Source: a virus
Lineage: Duplodnaviria; Caudoviricetes
Reading direction: 5' to 3' (one strand)
DNA: 41,879 nucleotides
Virus record (IMG/VR): IMGVR_UViG_3300020059_000003
Location: 1-41,879 of that record
Within the stretch, counting starts at the first letter, position 1. Every line of letters starts with the position of its first letter. A program made the translations under genes and the position numbers. The notes beneath the pieces were generated by a model. That model did no database searches. It was not told the DNA's origin and saw only the letters and a program-made list of their open reading frames with translations. Below, piece by piece: positions 8,520 to 17,550 of this stretch.

Positions 8520-10450
8520 AGAAGTCCAAGAAAGACAAACACAATGGAACTAATAGCGTGTGCGGAGTATTGTTTGAACCAAGTTCCGATTGGACACCTC
8601 CCAAGAGTTTTCCTAATCTTAAAAGCGAAAAGCAGATTGGAATTGATATAGAAACACGAGATCCTGATCTGAATTCTCATGGACCTGGTTTCATACGAGG
8701 AAATGCGGAAGTTGTTGGAATTACGGTTGCAACAAATGATTGTTCTTGGTATTATCCTATCGCACACCTAGGAGGAGGAAATGTTGATCGAGTTCCTGTC
8801 ATCAGGTTCTTGGGAGATATTCTTAAAGATCCGAAACAATATATCGTTGGTGCTAATTTACAATATGAGCTTGAAGGACTATGGAGTTTGGGAATTGACG
8901 TTAAGTGTCGTTGCCTTGACATCCAAGTTGCTGAAGCGCTTATCGATGAAGAGCGAGAAGGTGGATATTCCCTCGATGCTTTAGCACGAGATTATCTTGG
9001 TGCACCAAAAGACGAGATATTGCTTCGTGAAGCTGCATCTACTTATGGTGTTGATCCAAAAGCTGGATTGTGGAAACTTCCATCCAAATACGTTGGGGCT
9101 TATGCTGAATGGGATGGTCTCGCTCCACTTCAGATACTTAAGAAACAGATGGTCGAACTCAAGAAACAGGATCTCTTGCCAATCTTTGAGTTTGAGTCTA
9201 GGCTTCTCCCAATTCTCTGGAAAATGCGAAAGCAAGGAATACCAATTGATCTTGATGCAGTAGATAAACTTAGTAAAGAACTTAAAAAGCAAGAACAAGA
9301 TGCTAAACAAGGATTCAAATTATTAGAAGGATACGATATTGATCCGTGGTCAGGACCGCAAATAGCAAACCTTTGTAAGAGACGGGGAATCCAGCATCCT
9401 ATTACTCTTAAAGGAAATCCATCATTTACTGGTGAATGGCTTGAGGAGTTTAGTGATCCTGCAATTCAATGTATTGGAAAAATACGTGCAGTAAACCGAA
9501 TGCGTTCTACTTTTGTAGATGACTGGTTCAGCAATAACATTAAAGGAAGAATCCATCCACAATGGAAGCAACTTGCATCTGATGATGGCGGTACAAGAAC
9601 TGGTAGAATGGCTGCTGCAAATCCCAATCCTCAGCAAGTTCCAGCTAGTAAGTTCAGAAAATCTGGAAGTATAAATGAAATCGGAAAAGCAATACGTGCA
9701 TGTTTCGCGCATCCGATAATACCGTGGTGCAAACTTGATTATAGTCAACAGGAACCTCGTATCCTAACTCATTTTGCAGCAGTGTGTGATTTTACTGGAG
9801 CGAAACTTGCTCAAATGGCATATCAAAAAGATCGTAAAATGGATTTTTACGACTTTATGGTAAAGATATGTCAAATTGATAGGCGTCCAGCAAAGGATTT
9901 GTTTCTTGGTCGATCATATGGAATGGGTAAAGATAAACTTGCAAGGAAACTTGGAAAATCAGTTAAGGAAGCAGCTGAGATTCTAAGGCAGTTTGATGCA
10001 AATATGCCATTCATGAAAGAAATTGCTGATTCATGTATGCGTAATGCTCAGAAGCGTGGTTACATCAAAACCCTGTTAGGGCGACGAAGACATTTTGATT
10101 CTTGGGAACCTGTTGATAGTTATCAAATGAGAAAAGATGGTCAAGATACCAGACCATTGAATTTAAAAGCAGCGGAAGCAAAATGGTCAGATAAACGATT
10201 ACAAAGATCTGAGACCCACAAAGCTCTTAATGCGTTGATACAGGGTTCTGCTGCGGACATGCTTAAAGCTGCGATACTTAATATCCACAATGAACTGGGA
10301 ATTGTGCCTTATATGGCAGTGCATGATGAACTTGATTTGGGAGTTGTGGATGAAAAGCAAGCAAAGGAATGTCAGAAACTTGCAGAGAATTGTGTAGAAA
10401 TGACTGTCCCAATACGGGCAGATATGGATTACGGAAAACATTGGAAGTAA
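8516..10450 (+). CDS. polA: family A DNA polymerase with 3'-5' exonuclease
   Basis: ExoI DIET, TRTGRM...PNPQQ, motif A DYSQQEPR, motif B R..AK...LG..YG, motif C VHDE. Confidence 0.97.
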   Translation: MKKSKKDKHNGTNSVCGVLFEPSSDWTPPKSFPNLKSEKQIGIDIETRDPDLNSHGPGFIRGNAEVVGITVATNDCSWYYPIAHLGGGNVDRVPVIRFLGDILKDPKQYIVGANLQYELEGLWSLGIDVKCRCLDIQVAEALIDEEREGGYSLDALARDYLGAPKDEILLREAASTYGVDPKAGLWKLPSKYVGAYAEWDGLAPLQILKKQMVELKKQDLLPIFEFESRLLPILWKMRKQGIPIDLDAVDKLSKELKKQEQDAKQGFKLLEGYDIDPWSGPQIANLCKRRGIQHPITLKGNPSFTGEWLEEFSDPAIQCIGKIRAVNRMRSTFVDDWFSNNIKGRIHPQWKQLASDDGGTRTGRMAAANPNPQQVPASKFRKSGSINEIGKAIRACFAHPIIPWCKLDYSQQEPRILTHFAAVCDFTGAKLAQMAYQKDRKMDFYDFMVKICQIDRRPAKDLFLGRSYGMGKDKLARKLGKSVKEAAEILRQFDANMPFMKEIADSCMRNAQKRGYIKTLLGRRRHFDSWEPVDSYQMRKDGQDTRPLNLKAAEAKWSDKRLQRSETHKALNALIQGSAADMLKAAILNIHNELGIVPYMAVHDELDLGVVDEKQAKECQKLAENCVEMTVPIRADMDYGKHWK

Positions 10451-10452
10451 CT

Positions 10453-10860
10453 ATGAATAGCGAAGTAAAATTTAATGCATGGATACAAACACTGTTTCCT
10501 CACCCAGCGGATGCAAGAAGAATAGAAACTACTACTGAATCAGGAATGCCTGATCTTAATATATGTTATCAAGGAATGGAAGCATGGGTCGAATCCAAGG
10601 TGCTCTATCCAAAAGGAGTGTTACTCAGAAAGGAGCAATGGGCGTGGAGTAATCGGCGCGCGAATGCTGGTGGAAGCGTATTCGTGCTTGCTTGGGATGA
10701 ACAATTTGATGAAGTGCTTGGGTGGAAGTTACCTAACATTACTGTATTCCCAAGTGGAGATCATAAGACTCTTGTGATTCAAAATAAAGCAGATTTCAGA
10801 CAAGTAAGAGATTCCACCTGTAAGAAACTATTGGTTAAATTTCTGTTTCCAATGTTCTAA
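10453..10860 (+). CDS. PD-(D/E)XK nuclease (VRR-NUC / Holliday-junction resolvase-like)
   Basis: N-terminal E, RIE, GMPDL, WVESK, EQ..W...R...GG.VFV. Confidence 0.85.
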   Translation: MNSEVKFNAWIQTLFPHPADARRIETTTESGMPDLNICYQGMEAWVESKVLYPKGVLLRKEQWAWSNRRANAGGSVFVLAWDEQFDEVLGWKLPNITVFPSGDHKTLVIQNKADFRQVRDSTCKKLLVKFLFPMF

Positions 10861-10864
10861 ATGA

Positions 10865-10893
10865 GTATACGATAATAAATTCCATGATACAAT
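10865..10893 (+). promoter_or_regulatory. extended -10 promoter (TGaTACAAT); leaderless geometry
   Basis: -10 ends at 10893; ATG at 10900; shares TAAATT..ATGATAC with the 5355 promoter. Confidence 0.6.
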
Positions 10894-10899
10894 ACTAAT

Positions 10900-11463
10900 A
10901 TGAGTAAAGAAATAATAGATTATCAGAAACTTGCAAAACCTACTATTACCGATGAAGCACTAGCTAGTGTAGCTGTTCTTGCTGAGAAACAAATTTCTCA
11001 TGAGAAACGAATTTCTGATTTGAATCTTCTTCTCGAAACTGAACAAACACTTCTTCGCACTCTTATGGAAGTTACACTTCCTGATGCGATGTTAGAACTT
11101 GGAATTGAATCATTTGTTCTTTCAGATGGCACTGCAATCAAGATTAATAAGTTCTATGCTGCGAGTATTCCTGCAGATAAAAGAGTAGAAGCATTTGCAT
11201 GGCTTCGCAATGGTGGATTCGAATCTCTTATTAAACGCGAGATTAAATGCAAATTCGGAAAAGGAGAAGATAAGATGGCAAGCAAAGTTCTTGCGGAACT
11301 TCAGAAATTGAAAGTTCTTGCTGAGGATAAGGAAAGTGTGCATCCTCAAACACTCAAGGCGTTTGTGCAAGAACAAATTGAAGGTGGAAAAACTTTACCA
11401 ACAGAGTTACTGGGAGTGTATGTTGGGAACAGATCAAAGGTTACTCCCGCAAACAACAAATAG
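10900..11463 (+). CDS. conserved phage replication-module protein
   Basis: LP.AM.E.G, AFAWLR..G...LIK, VHPQTLKAFV.E pattern, typical upstream of SSB in PolA/SNF2 phages. Confidence 0.8.
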   Translation: MSKEIIDYQKLAKPTITDEALASVAVLAEKQISHEKRISDLNLLLETEQTLLRTLMEVTLPDAMLELGIESFVLSDGTAIKINKFYAASIPADKRVEAFAWLRNGGFESLIKREIKCKFGKGEDKMASKVLAELQKLKVLAEDKESVHPQTLKAFVQEQIEGGKTLPTELLGVYVGNRSKVTPANNK

Positions 11464-11472
11464 TTAATAGTT

Positions 11473-12279
11473 ATGGCAAAACAAACAAAGAGTCCGGGTC
11501 AAGCATCTCCCGGCAAACAGTCAGATGCAGCATCAGGTTACGACTGGAGTAAAGTCGGAGCTACAGGGTTTGAGAATGTTCAACGTGAAGATTTGGGGAT
11601 ACCATTTTTTTCGATCGTTGAATCGAAAAGTCCTGAGTTTGACAAAACAAACAAGGAATATCAAGCTAAAAAGATTGTGGGATGTGGTCCAGGAGATGTG
11701 TTTAACAATCTTAGTCGAGAGATACTTCATAAGTATGAGGGAACTCCAATGATTGTGGTTCCATGTTCCTTTGAGAGAGCATATGTTGAGTGGAAGCCTC
11801 GCAATTCTGGTGGAGGCTTAGTTCGAGTTCACAAGAATCCGCGCATTCTCAATGAAGCAGAGCGAAATGAGAAGAATCAAGACATTCTTAAGAATGGAAA
11901 TCTTCTAGTTACAACTGCTTACTTTTATTGTTTACTACTTAGTGGACAAGATCGTATTCCAATGATCTTGGGAATGAAATCCACGCAACTAAAGAAAGCT
12001 CGTTTCTGGCTCAATCTTCAGCAAGGAATCAAGTTTACCAATCCTCGCGGAGAGAAATATACTCCTCCAATGTTCAGTCATTCGTATGAACTTTCCACTG
12101 GACCTGAAGTTAATGAAGAGGGAAGTTGGTTTGGTTGGAAGATTGCGACTCATGAGCAATTAAAAGATCCCTTGTTGATTGCCGATGCGATTGAAACTTC
12201 GAAGAAAGCAATTACTGGTCAACGCATTGCTCTTCCAAGTCCTACTGGTAAAACTGAAGACGATGTTCCGTTTGCTTGA
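11473..12279 (+). CDS. putative single-stranded DNA-binding protein
   Basis: GFENV...DL.IP, YVEW.PR..GGG, MKSTQLK..R.W, acidic-aromatic tail EDDVPF. Confidence 0.75.
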   Translation: MAKQTKSPGQASPGKQSDAASGYDWSKVGATGFENVQREDLGIPFFSIVESKSPEFDKTNKEYQAKKIVGCGPGDVFNNLSREILHKYEGTPMIVVPCSFERAYVEWKPRNSGGGLVRVHKNPRILNEAERNEKNQDILKNGNLLVTTAYFYCLLLSGQDRIPMILGMKSTQLKKARFWLNLQQGIKFTNPRGEKYTPPMFSHSYELSTGPEVNEEGSWFGWKIATHEQLKDPLLIADAIETSKKAITGQRIALPSPTGKTEDDVPFA

Positions 12280-12340
12280 TGCGGCGAGCGGACTAACCGC
12301 CGCAGGAGTTCCCTGGCCAGAGGACTCCTGCGGCATCTTA
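12280..12340 (+). terminator. GC-rich intergenic hairpin(s), terminator or attenuator-like
   Basis: GCCGCAGGAGT (12299-12309) pairs with ACTCCTGCGGC (12324-12334); weak U-tract. Confidence 0.6.
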
Positions 12341-12364
12341 CGGTAAATATGAAACTATTGAATC

Positions 12365-13879
12365 ATGCATCCCAGCATCCAAGAACTAATGTCATTGTTC
12401 GAGGGATACAAGCACGCTTATGGTGCCTACAAATTAACTGGAGAGGTGGATCACGGTAAAGTTTTAGGAAAAGCATACAGTCTTAAAGGTGATGTTACAC
12501 TTGAATTGTGGCATGATCACTTGATGGGTAAGCAAGGATTGGGAATCATCCCGATCAATGAGGATAGTAAAGTAAAATTTGCAGCGATTGATATCGATCA
12601 GTATCCCCTCGATCTACATGATCTCAACGAAAGAGTCCAGAGAGATAAACTTCCCCTAACAGTGTGTCGAACAAAATCTGGTGGTGCTCATCTATTTATT
12701 TTCTTTACTGAATGGATTGATGCTAAGTTAGTTCAATCGAAAATGCGAGAGTTGTCTGCCTTCCTTGGATTCGGAGATTCAGAGATATTTCCAAAGCAAA
12801 CGAAGATTATCGTGGAGCGTGGAGATGTTGGTCAGTGGATCAATATGCCATACTTCAATGTAACGAGAACTGATCGTTACGCCTTTACTACAAGTAGTAA
12901 GAAAACTGATCTTGAAGGATTCGTTAAAGAAGCGATGATAAGACGAATCACTTTAGATGACTTAAACAAGTTATGGTCTTCTAAGAATGATATTCTTAAA
13001 GGTGGACCACCATGTCTGAATCTATTGTGCGCATCCAACTTTCCAGCAGGCACTAGGAACAACGGCTTATTTAATCTTGCAGTGTATGCTAGGAAGAAAG
13101 ATCCTGATAACTGGATGAGATTAGTCGAGGACATGAATACTGAGTATCTGGATCCGCCACTCAGTGCAACTGAAGTCTTGGGAGTTATTAAGTCGGTTCA
13201 AAAGAAAGACTTCCAATATATGTGCACCCAAGCACCTATAAAGCAGTTCTGTAACAAAGAGATTTGTAAAACCTGTCAGTTCGGAGTTGGTGGATCAGCA
13301 AATGGATTTCCAAAGTTTGGAACACTTACTAAACTCATGACTGATCCTCCAATATGGTTTCTTGAAGTCGAAGGTGGCGGTAGACTTGAACTTAGCACAG
13401 ATGATCTTCAATCTCCAATGAGATTCCAGAACAAGTGTATGGAACTACTTAACATCATGCCACCACTTCTTAAACGAGATAACTGGACTGATATTGTCCA
13501 GCAACTCTTGGTTGATGTAAATGAAGTAGAAGTTCCATTAGAAGCAACTCCGAAAGGGATACTTTATGGACATCTTGAGATGTTCTGCACTTCTAAAGTT
13601 CAAGGTAAATCGCATGATGAACTTTTGCTTGGTAAACCCTGGACGAATGATCACCAACATTATTTCAGAATGACGGACTTCCTTGAGTATCTTGATCGTA
13701 GAAAGTTTCGTGAATTCAATCTTAGTCAAATCGCGGTTTACATTAAAGAACTTGGAGCAGTTAAAAAGTTCTTTAATGTTCGTGGAAAAGGAGTAAATTG
13801 TTATATGATACCAGAATTCCAAAATCAACAATCGGAACCATTTGAAGTTCCAGAACAGGGAAAGGAAACACCATACTAG
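12365..13879 (+). CDS. AEP-superfamily primase with PriCT-like domain
   Basis: AIDID, RTKSGGAHLF, EIFPKQ, G.WINMPY, PPCL, G.RNN.LF, Cys cluster. Confidence 0.88.
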   Translation: MHPSIQELMSLFEGYKHAYGAYKLTGEVDHGKVLGKAYSLKGDVTLELWHDHLMGKQGLGIIPINEDSKVKFAAIDIDQYPLDLHDLNERVQRDKLPLTVCRTKSGGAHLFIFFTEWIDAKLVQSKMRELSAFLGFGDSEIFPKQTKIIVERGDVGQWINMPYFNVTRTDRYAFTTSSKKTDLEGFVKEAMIRRITLDDLNKLWSSKNDILKGGPPCLNLLCASNFPAGTRNNGLFNLAVYARKKDPDNWMRLVEDMNTEYLDPPLSATEVLGVIKSVQKKDFQYMCTQAPIKQFCNKEICKTCQFGVGGSANGFPKFGTLTKLMTDPPIWFLEVEGGGRLELSTDDLQSPMRFQNKCMELLNIMPPLLKRDNWTDIVQQLLVDVNEVEVPLEATPKGILYGHLEMFCTSKVQGKSHDELLLGKPWTNDHQHYFRMTDFLEYLDRRKFREFNLSQIAVYIKELGAVKKFFNVRGKGVNCYMIPEFQNQQSEPFEVPEQGKETPY

Positions 13880-13880
13880 T

Positions 13881-14105
13881 ATGAGATCAAAAAATAGAAT
13901 TATAAGAGCAGCAAAAGGTTTATTACGGTGTGCCTGTAGTGGTAAATCTATTGGTATGAGTGCTGGACATCCCATTTGTAAACGTTGTTTAGAAATAGAA
14001 ACTAATCAACGTAATTATGTTACTAAATTACAACACCAACTTCTTGGTAATAAAATGCCACTAGAAGCAACTGATCTTGAAAAAGGAATCGACAATGAGC
14101 GTTAA
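13881..14105 (+). CDS. small Zn-finger protein
   Basis: CxC...CxxC; fills the gap between primase and helicase. Confidence 0.6.
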   Translation: MRSKNRIIRAAKGLLRCACSGKSIGMSAGHPICKRCLEIETNQRNYVTKLQHQLLGNKMPLEATDLEKGIDNER

Positions 14106-15603
14106 TATTATTTATGGTCCGCCAGGCACGGGAAAAACAACAGAACTTCTTAATGTTGTCGAATTACTTCTTGAAGATGGATTCAATTCTACTGAAATCG
14201 GATTCATTGCTTTTACTCGTAAAGCAGCTAATGTTGCAAAAACTCGGGCAATGGAAAAGTTCTCATTACATGAGGATAATCTTCCATGGTTTCGCACATT
14301 GCATAGTCTTGCATTTCACCAACAAGCACTTAGTAAAGATAAAGTAATGGGAGTAAATGATTACATAAACATTTGCAATCAACTTGGTCTTCGAATTACC
14401 TTCAAAGGAGTAAATGAAGATGGAACTTTTTCCGGTCTCACGAAAGGTGATCGTCTCTTCTTCATGGAGAATATGTCTCGTGCGACTAAGGTATCTTTGC
14501 GAGAATATTGGGAAGCACGACCTGATGAAGACGTTTATTGGTATGAACTTGAGCGATTACATGAAACCATTAAGCAATATAAAATTGAAAACGATCGTAT
14601 GGACTTTACTGATATTATAGTGAACTTCATTGAAACAAAAACCTTGTGTCCACCAATCAAGATTCTAATAGTTGATGAAGCGCAAGATCTTTCACCACTG
14701 CAGTGGGATATGGTAGAACTCTTAATGAACAATGTCGATGAGGTTTATATTGCTGGAGATGATGACCAAGCAATCTTTAGGTGGGCAGGAGCGGATATAG
14801 ATAAATTCATTAATCTTGAAGGAGATAGGCGTGTTCTAGACCGCTCATATAGGTGTCCTCAAGTAATCCAGGATTTAGCTTTGGATATAGCATCAAAGAT
14901 AATTACCCGCGTCCCTAAGATATGGAAACCTCGCTCAAAAGGAGGAGTTGTGGAAAGAGTAACAAGTGTTGAGCATGTTGATATGTCTAAAGGGACATGG
15001 TTCTTGCTAGCACGTAATGTTTACTTGCTACAACAATTTAATGATCATTGCATCCAACAGGGTTATGTCTTCGACTCCTCCCTAGGTTCACCAGTCAGGG
15101 GGAGCTCATTCGTGTGCATTAAGCATTGGGAAGAACTTCGAAAAGGAAAAAGTATTAGATTCTCCCAAGCAAAGAAGATATACGATCTTATGACAACCAA
15201 GATTGGAGTCGCGTATGGATTCAAAACCAAGATTGAAAAAGAACAAGATACGGGAATGGTGGATATTAAGAGACTTAAAGCGGAATTCGGATTAACAACT
15301 GATGCAATATGGCACATCGCCTTAGACAAATTAACTCCACAAGAAGCTGAATACTTTATTGCCGCACTTAAACGAGGAGAAAAGTTATTGAAGGAACCTC
15401 GAATTAAGATCTCTACTATTCATGGTGTGAAAGGCGGAGAAGCAGATAACGTTTTACTTTGCCCAGACATGGCGCAAAGAACATATCAGGAATTTCAACA
15501 GATGCCAGATGATGAGTGGCGCGTCTGGTATGTTGGTGTAACAAGAGCAAGGGAACGAGTCCTGATTTTATCACCTCAAACAAATATATGCATTGACATA
15601 TAA
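14095..15603 (+). CDS. UvrD/Rep-like SF1 helicase
   Basis: GPPGTGKT, FT.KAA, TLHS, VDEAQD, GDDDQAIF, SYR, STIH..KGGE, YVGVTRA. Confidence 0.95.
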   Translation: MSVNIIYGPPGTGKTTELLNVVELLLEDGFNSTEIGFIAFTRKAANVAKTRAMEKFSLHEDNLPWFRTLHSLAFHQQALSKDKVMGVNDYINICNQLGLRITFKGVNEDGTFSGLTKGDRLFFMENMSRATKVSLREYWEARPDEDVYWYELERLHETIKQYKIENDRMDFTDIIVNFIETKTLCPPIKILIVDEAQDLSPLQWDMVELLMNNVDEVYIAGDDDQAIFRWAGADIDKFINLEGDRRVLDRSYRCPQVIQDLALDIASKIITRVPKIWKPRSKGGVVERVTSVEHVDMSKGTWFLLARNVYLLQQFNDHCIQQGYVFDSSLGSPVRGSSFVCIKHWEELRKGKSIRFSQAKKIYDLMTTKIGVAYGFKTKIEKEQDTGMVDIKRLKAEFGLTTDAIWHIALDKLTPQEAEYFIAALKRGEKLLKEPRIKISTIHGVKGGEADNVLLCPDMAQRTYQEFQQMPDDEWRVWYVGVTRARERVLILSPQTNICIDI

Positions 15604-15644
15604 AGGCAATACTCTATGCATTCTAACCGAAACCTAGTTGAACA

Positions 15645-15697
15645 GGATTTAATAAGTCATATCAATACATAGACAAAATATCCCCGCAACACAAATG
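15645..15697 (+). promoter_or_regulatory. 53-bp repeated upstream element, copy 2
   Basis: 41/53 ungapped identity to 3798-3850. Confidence 0.75.
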
Positions 15698-17170
15698 ATC
15701 ACTACTCCTAGCACTCACTTATTCAAGATGCGAACAACTCCATACAAGCATCAACAACAAGAATTCGAGAAATCCCGTGATATGGAATACTATGGATTTC
15801 TGTGGGAGATGGGCTGCGGGAAATCAAAACCTTTAATAGATACAATGGCATGGCTTTATCTTAAACAAGAGATCGATGGAGTATTAATTGTATCTGATAA
15901 GGGAGCTTATCTAAATTGGTATTTTGAGGAAATAACGAAGCATATTCCTGAGGGAATATCATATCGACTCGTTTATTGGAGTAGCTATATGAATCGCCTT
16001 GAGCAAGCAAAAGTCGACGTTGTGATGACTGCAAGAGATGATTGCTTAGACATCATGTGCATGAATGTTGAAGCACTTGGGTTCCAACCAAAGAAGAAAC
16101 AAACAAGGGCATTTGACATCGCGAAACAGTTTATTAAAAACCATTATTGCATGATGATCGTGGATGAGTCAACAAGCATCAAGAATCCTAAAGCTGATAG
16201 GACAAAAGCGTGTTGGGAACTCGGAGCGTTGTGTGATTATCGTCGTATAGCAACAGGCACTCCAATCACACAATCACCACTTGATCTTTTCGGACAGTGC
16301 CAGTTCCTCAAGCAAGGAGTTCTGGGATACCATAGTTTCGTAGCGTTTCGTGCATACTACGCTGAGATGATAACAATCAATCTTGGAACTCGATCATTTC
16401 AAACAATTGCTGGATTCAGAAACCTTGACCAACTTTCACAATCCATCAAACCATTTACTAGTCGAATTCTTAAAACAGAATGTCTAGATTTGCCACCCAA
16501 AGTATATGAAACAATTTACATAGAGCAAACAATAGAGCAAAAGCGTGCCTATGAAGATTTGAAAGAAAAGTCCCTGTTACAGTTTACACAAGGAATGCTT
16601 ACTTCCACAAGTGCTTTAACTACCATAAATAAACTTCACCAGATTAATTGTGGTCACGTGAAGATAGACGATGGAACTACAATAGATATTCCCAGTAATA
16701 GAATTAAGGTAATGGTCGGGATATTGAGTGATATGGATCCACGAATTAAGGTAATCATCTGGTGTGGATTCCAAAGGGATGTAGAATTGATAGTTGCTGC
16801 ACTTGAAGAAGTCGATGATAAGCGATATCCAGTACACTATTATGGAAAGACAGGAGATAATGACAGGCTTGCAGCATTATCTATGTTTAGAACAGATCCA
16901 CTATGTTCTTGGTTTGTTGGAACTGCTGCAACAGGAGGTAAGGCGATTACTCTTGTAGAATCAAATTATACATTTTACTATTCCAATACTTATAATCTTG
17001 AGGATCGATTACAATCTGAAGATAGGAATCATCGCATTGGACAAGTAAGCAAAGTTACTTACGTTGATCTTATAGTTCGGGGAACCATAGATCAACGAAT
17101 TGTAAAGGCATTAAGAATGAAACAGGACCTTGCCTCCAAGGTCCTTGATGATTACCGCGAATTGATTTAA
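15695..17170 (+). CDS. SNF2-like SF2 helicase
   Basis: EMGCGKS, VDEST.IKN, TGTPI, QSEDRNHRIGQ. Confidence 0.95.
   Translation: MITTPSTHLFKMRTTPYKHQQQEFEKSRDMEYYGFLWEMGCGKSKPLIDTMAWLYLKQEIDGVLIVSDKGAYLNWYFEEITKHIPEGISYRLVYWSSYMNRLEQAKVDVVMTARDDCLDIMCMNVEALGFQPKKKQTRAFDIAKQFIKNHYCMMIVDESTSIKNPKADRTKACWELGALCDYRRIATGTPITQSPLDLFGQCQFLKQGVLGYHSFVAFRAYYAEMITINLGTRSFQTIAGFRNLDQLSQSIKPFTSRILKTECLDLPPKVYETIYIEQTIEQKRAYEDLKEKSLLQFTQGMLTSTSALTTINKLHQINCGHVKIDDGTTIDIPSNRIKVMVGILSDMDPRIKVIIWCGFQRDVELIVAALEEVDDKRYPVHYYGKTGDNDRLAALSMFRTDPLCSWFVGTAATGGKAITLVESNYTFYYSNTYNLEDRLQSEDRNHRIGQVSKVTYVDLIVRGTIDQRIVKALRMKQDLASKVLDDYRELI
17124..17145 (-). terminator. probable terminator of the late arm, embedded in the SNF2 3' end
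   Basis: Perfect 9-bp stem AGGACCTTG/CAAGGTCCT; followed on the - strand by GTTTCATTCTT. Confidence 0.55.
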
Positions 17171-17436
17171 GGTTTCTTTAATCGAATCATTTCAAGTTCT
17201 AAAGCATCAACTTTAGTTCGTATATAAAGGATTTGAGCATCCTGTCTAATCATATCTTCTTTACGCATCATAAGTTGTGCTTCCACTTCTTGACGTGGCA
17301 TAATCAACAAATGAGTTGTATTGATAGAATGCTTTACATCCTCTAGTTGTAATTTTGCGAGATATCCAACTACTCCAACCAAACACCCTACAAATGCAAC
17401 AACAAACGTATTAAAGTTAATTTCTGGAACTTTCAT
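17167..17436 (-). CDS. membrane-anchored coiled-coil protein (holin- or i-spanin-like)
   Basis: One N-terminal TM helix plus a heptad region; end of the late operon. Confidence 0.6.
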   Translation of the reverse strand: MKVPEINFNTFVVAFVGCLVGVVGYLAKLQLEDVKHSINTTHLLIMPRQEVEAQLMMRKEDMIRQDAQILYIRTKVDALELEMIRLKKP

Positions 17437-17550
17437 TTAGTCTCCGTAATGATCGTGACTTACTCCTATTTCTTTAGGAGACTCGATCCTGAGACCATGA
17501 GATTTGCATCCCAGGATGAGTAACAAAAGAATGAAAACTACTAGTTTCAT
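17437..17550 (-). CDS. 37-aa lipoprotein (o-spanin-like)
   Basis: MKLVVFILLLLILGC lipobox; ATGA overlap upstream, abuts the next ATG; not in the ORF track. Confidence 0.7.
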   Translation of the reverse strand: MKLVVFILLLLILGCKSHGLRIESPKEIGVSHDHYGD

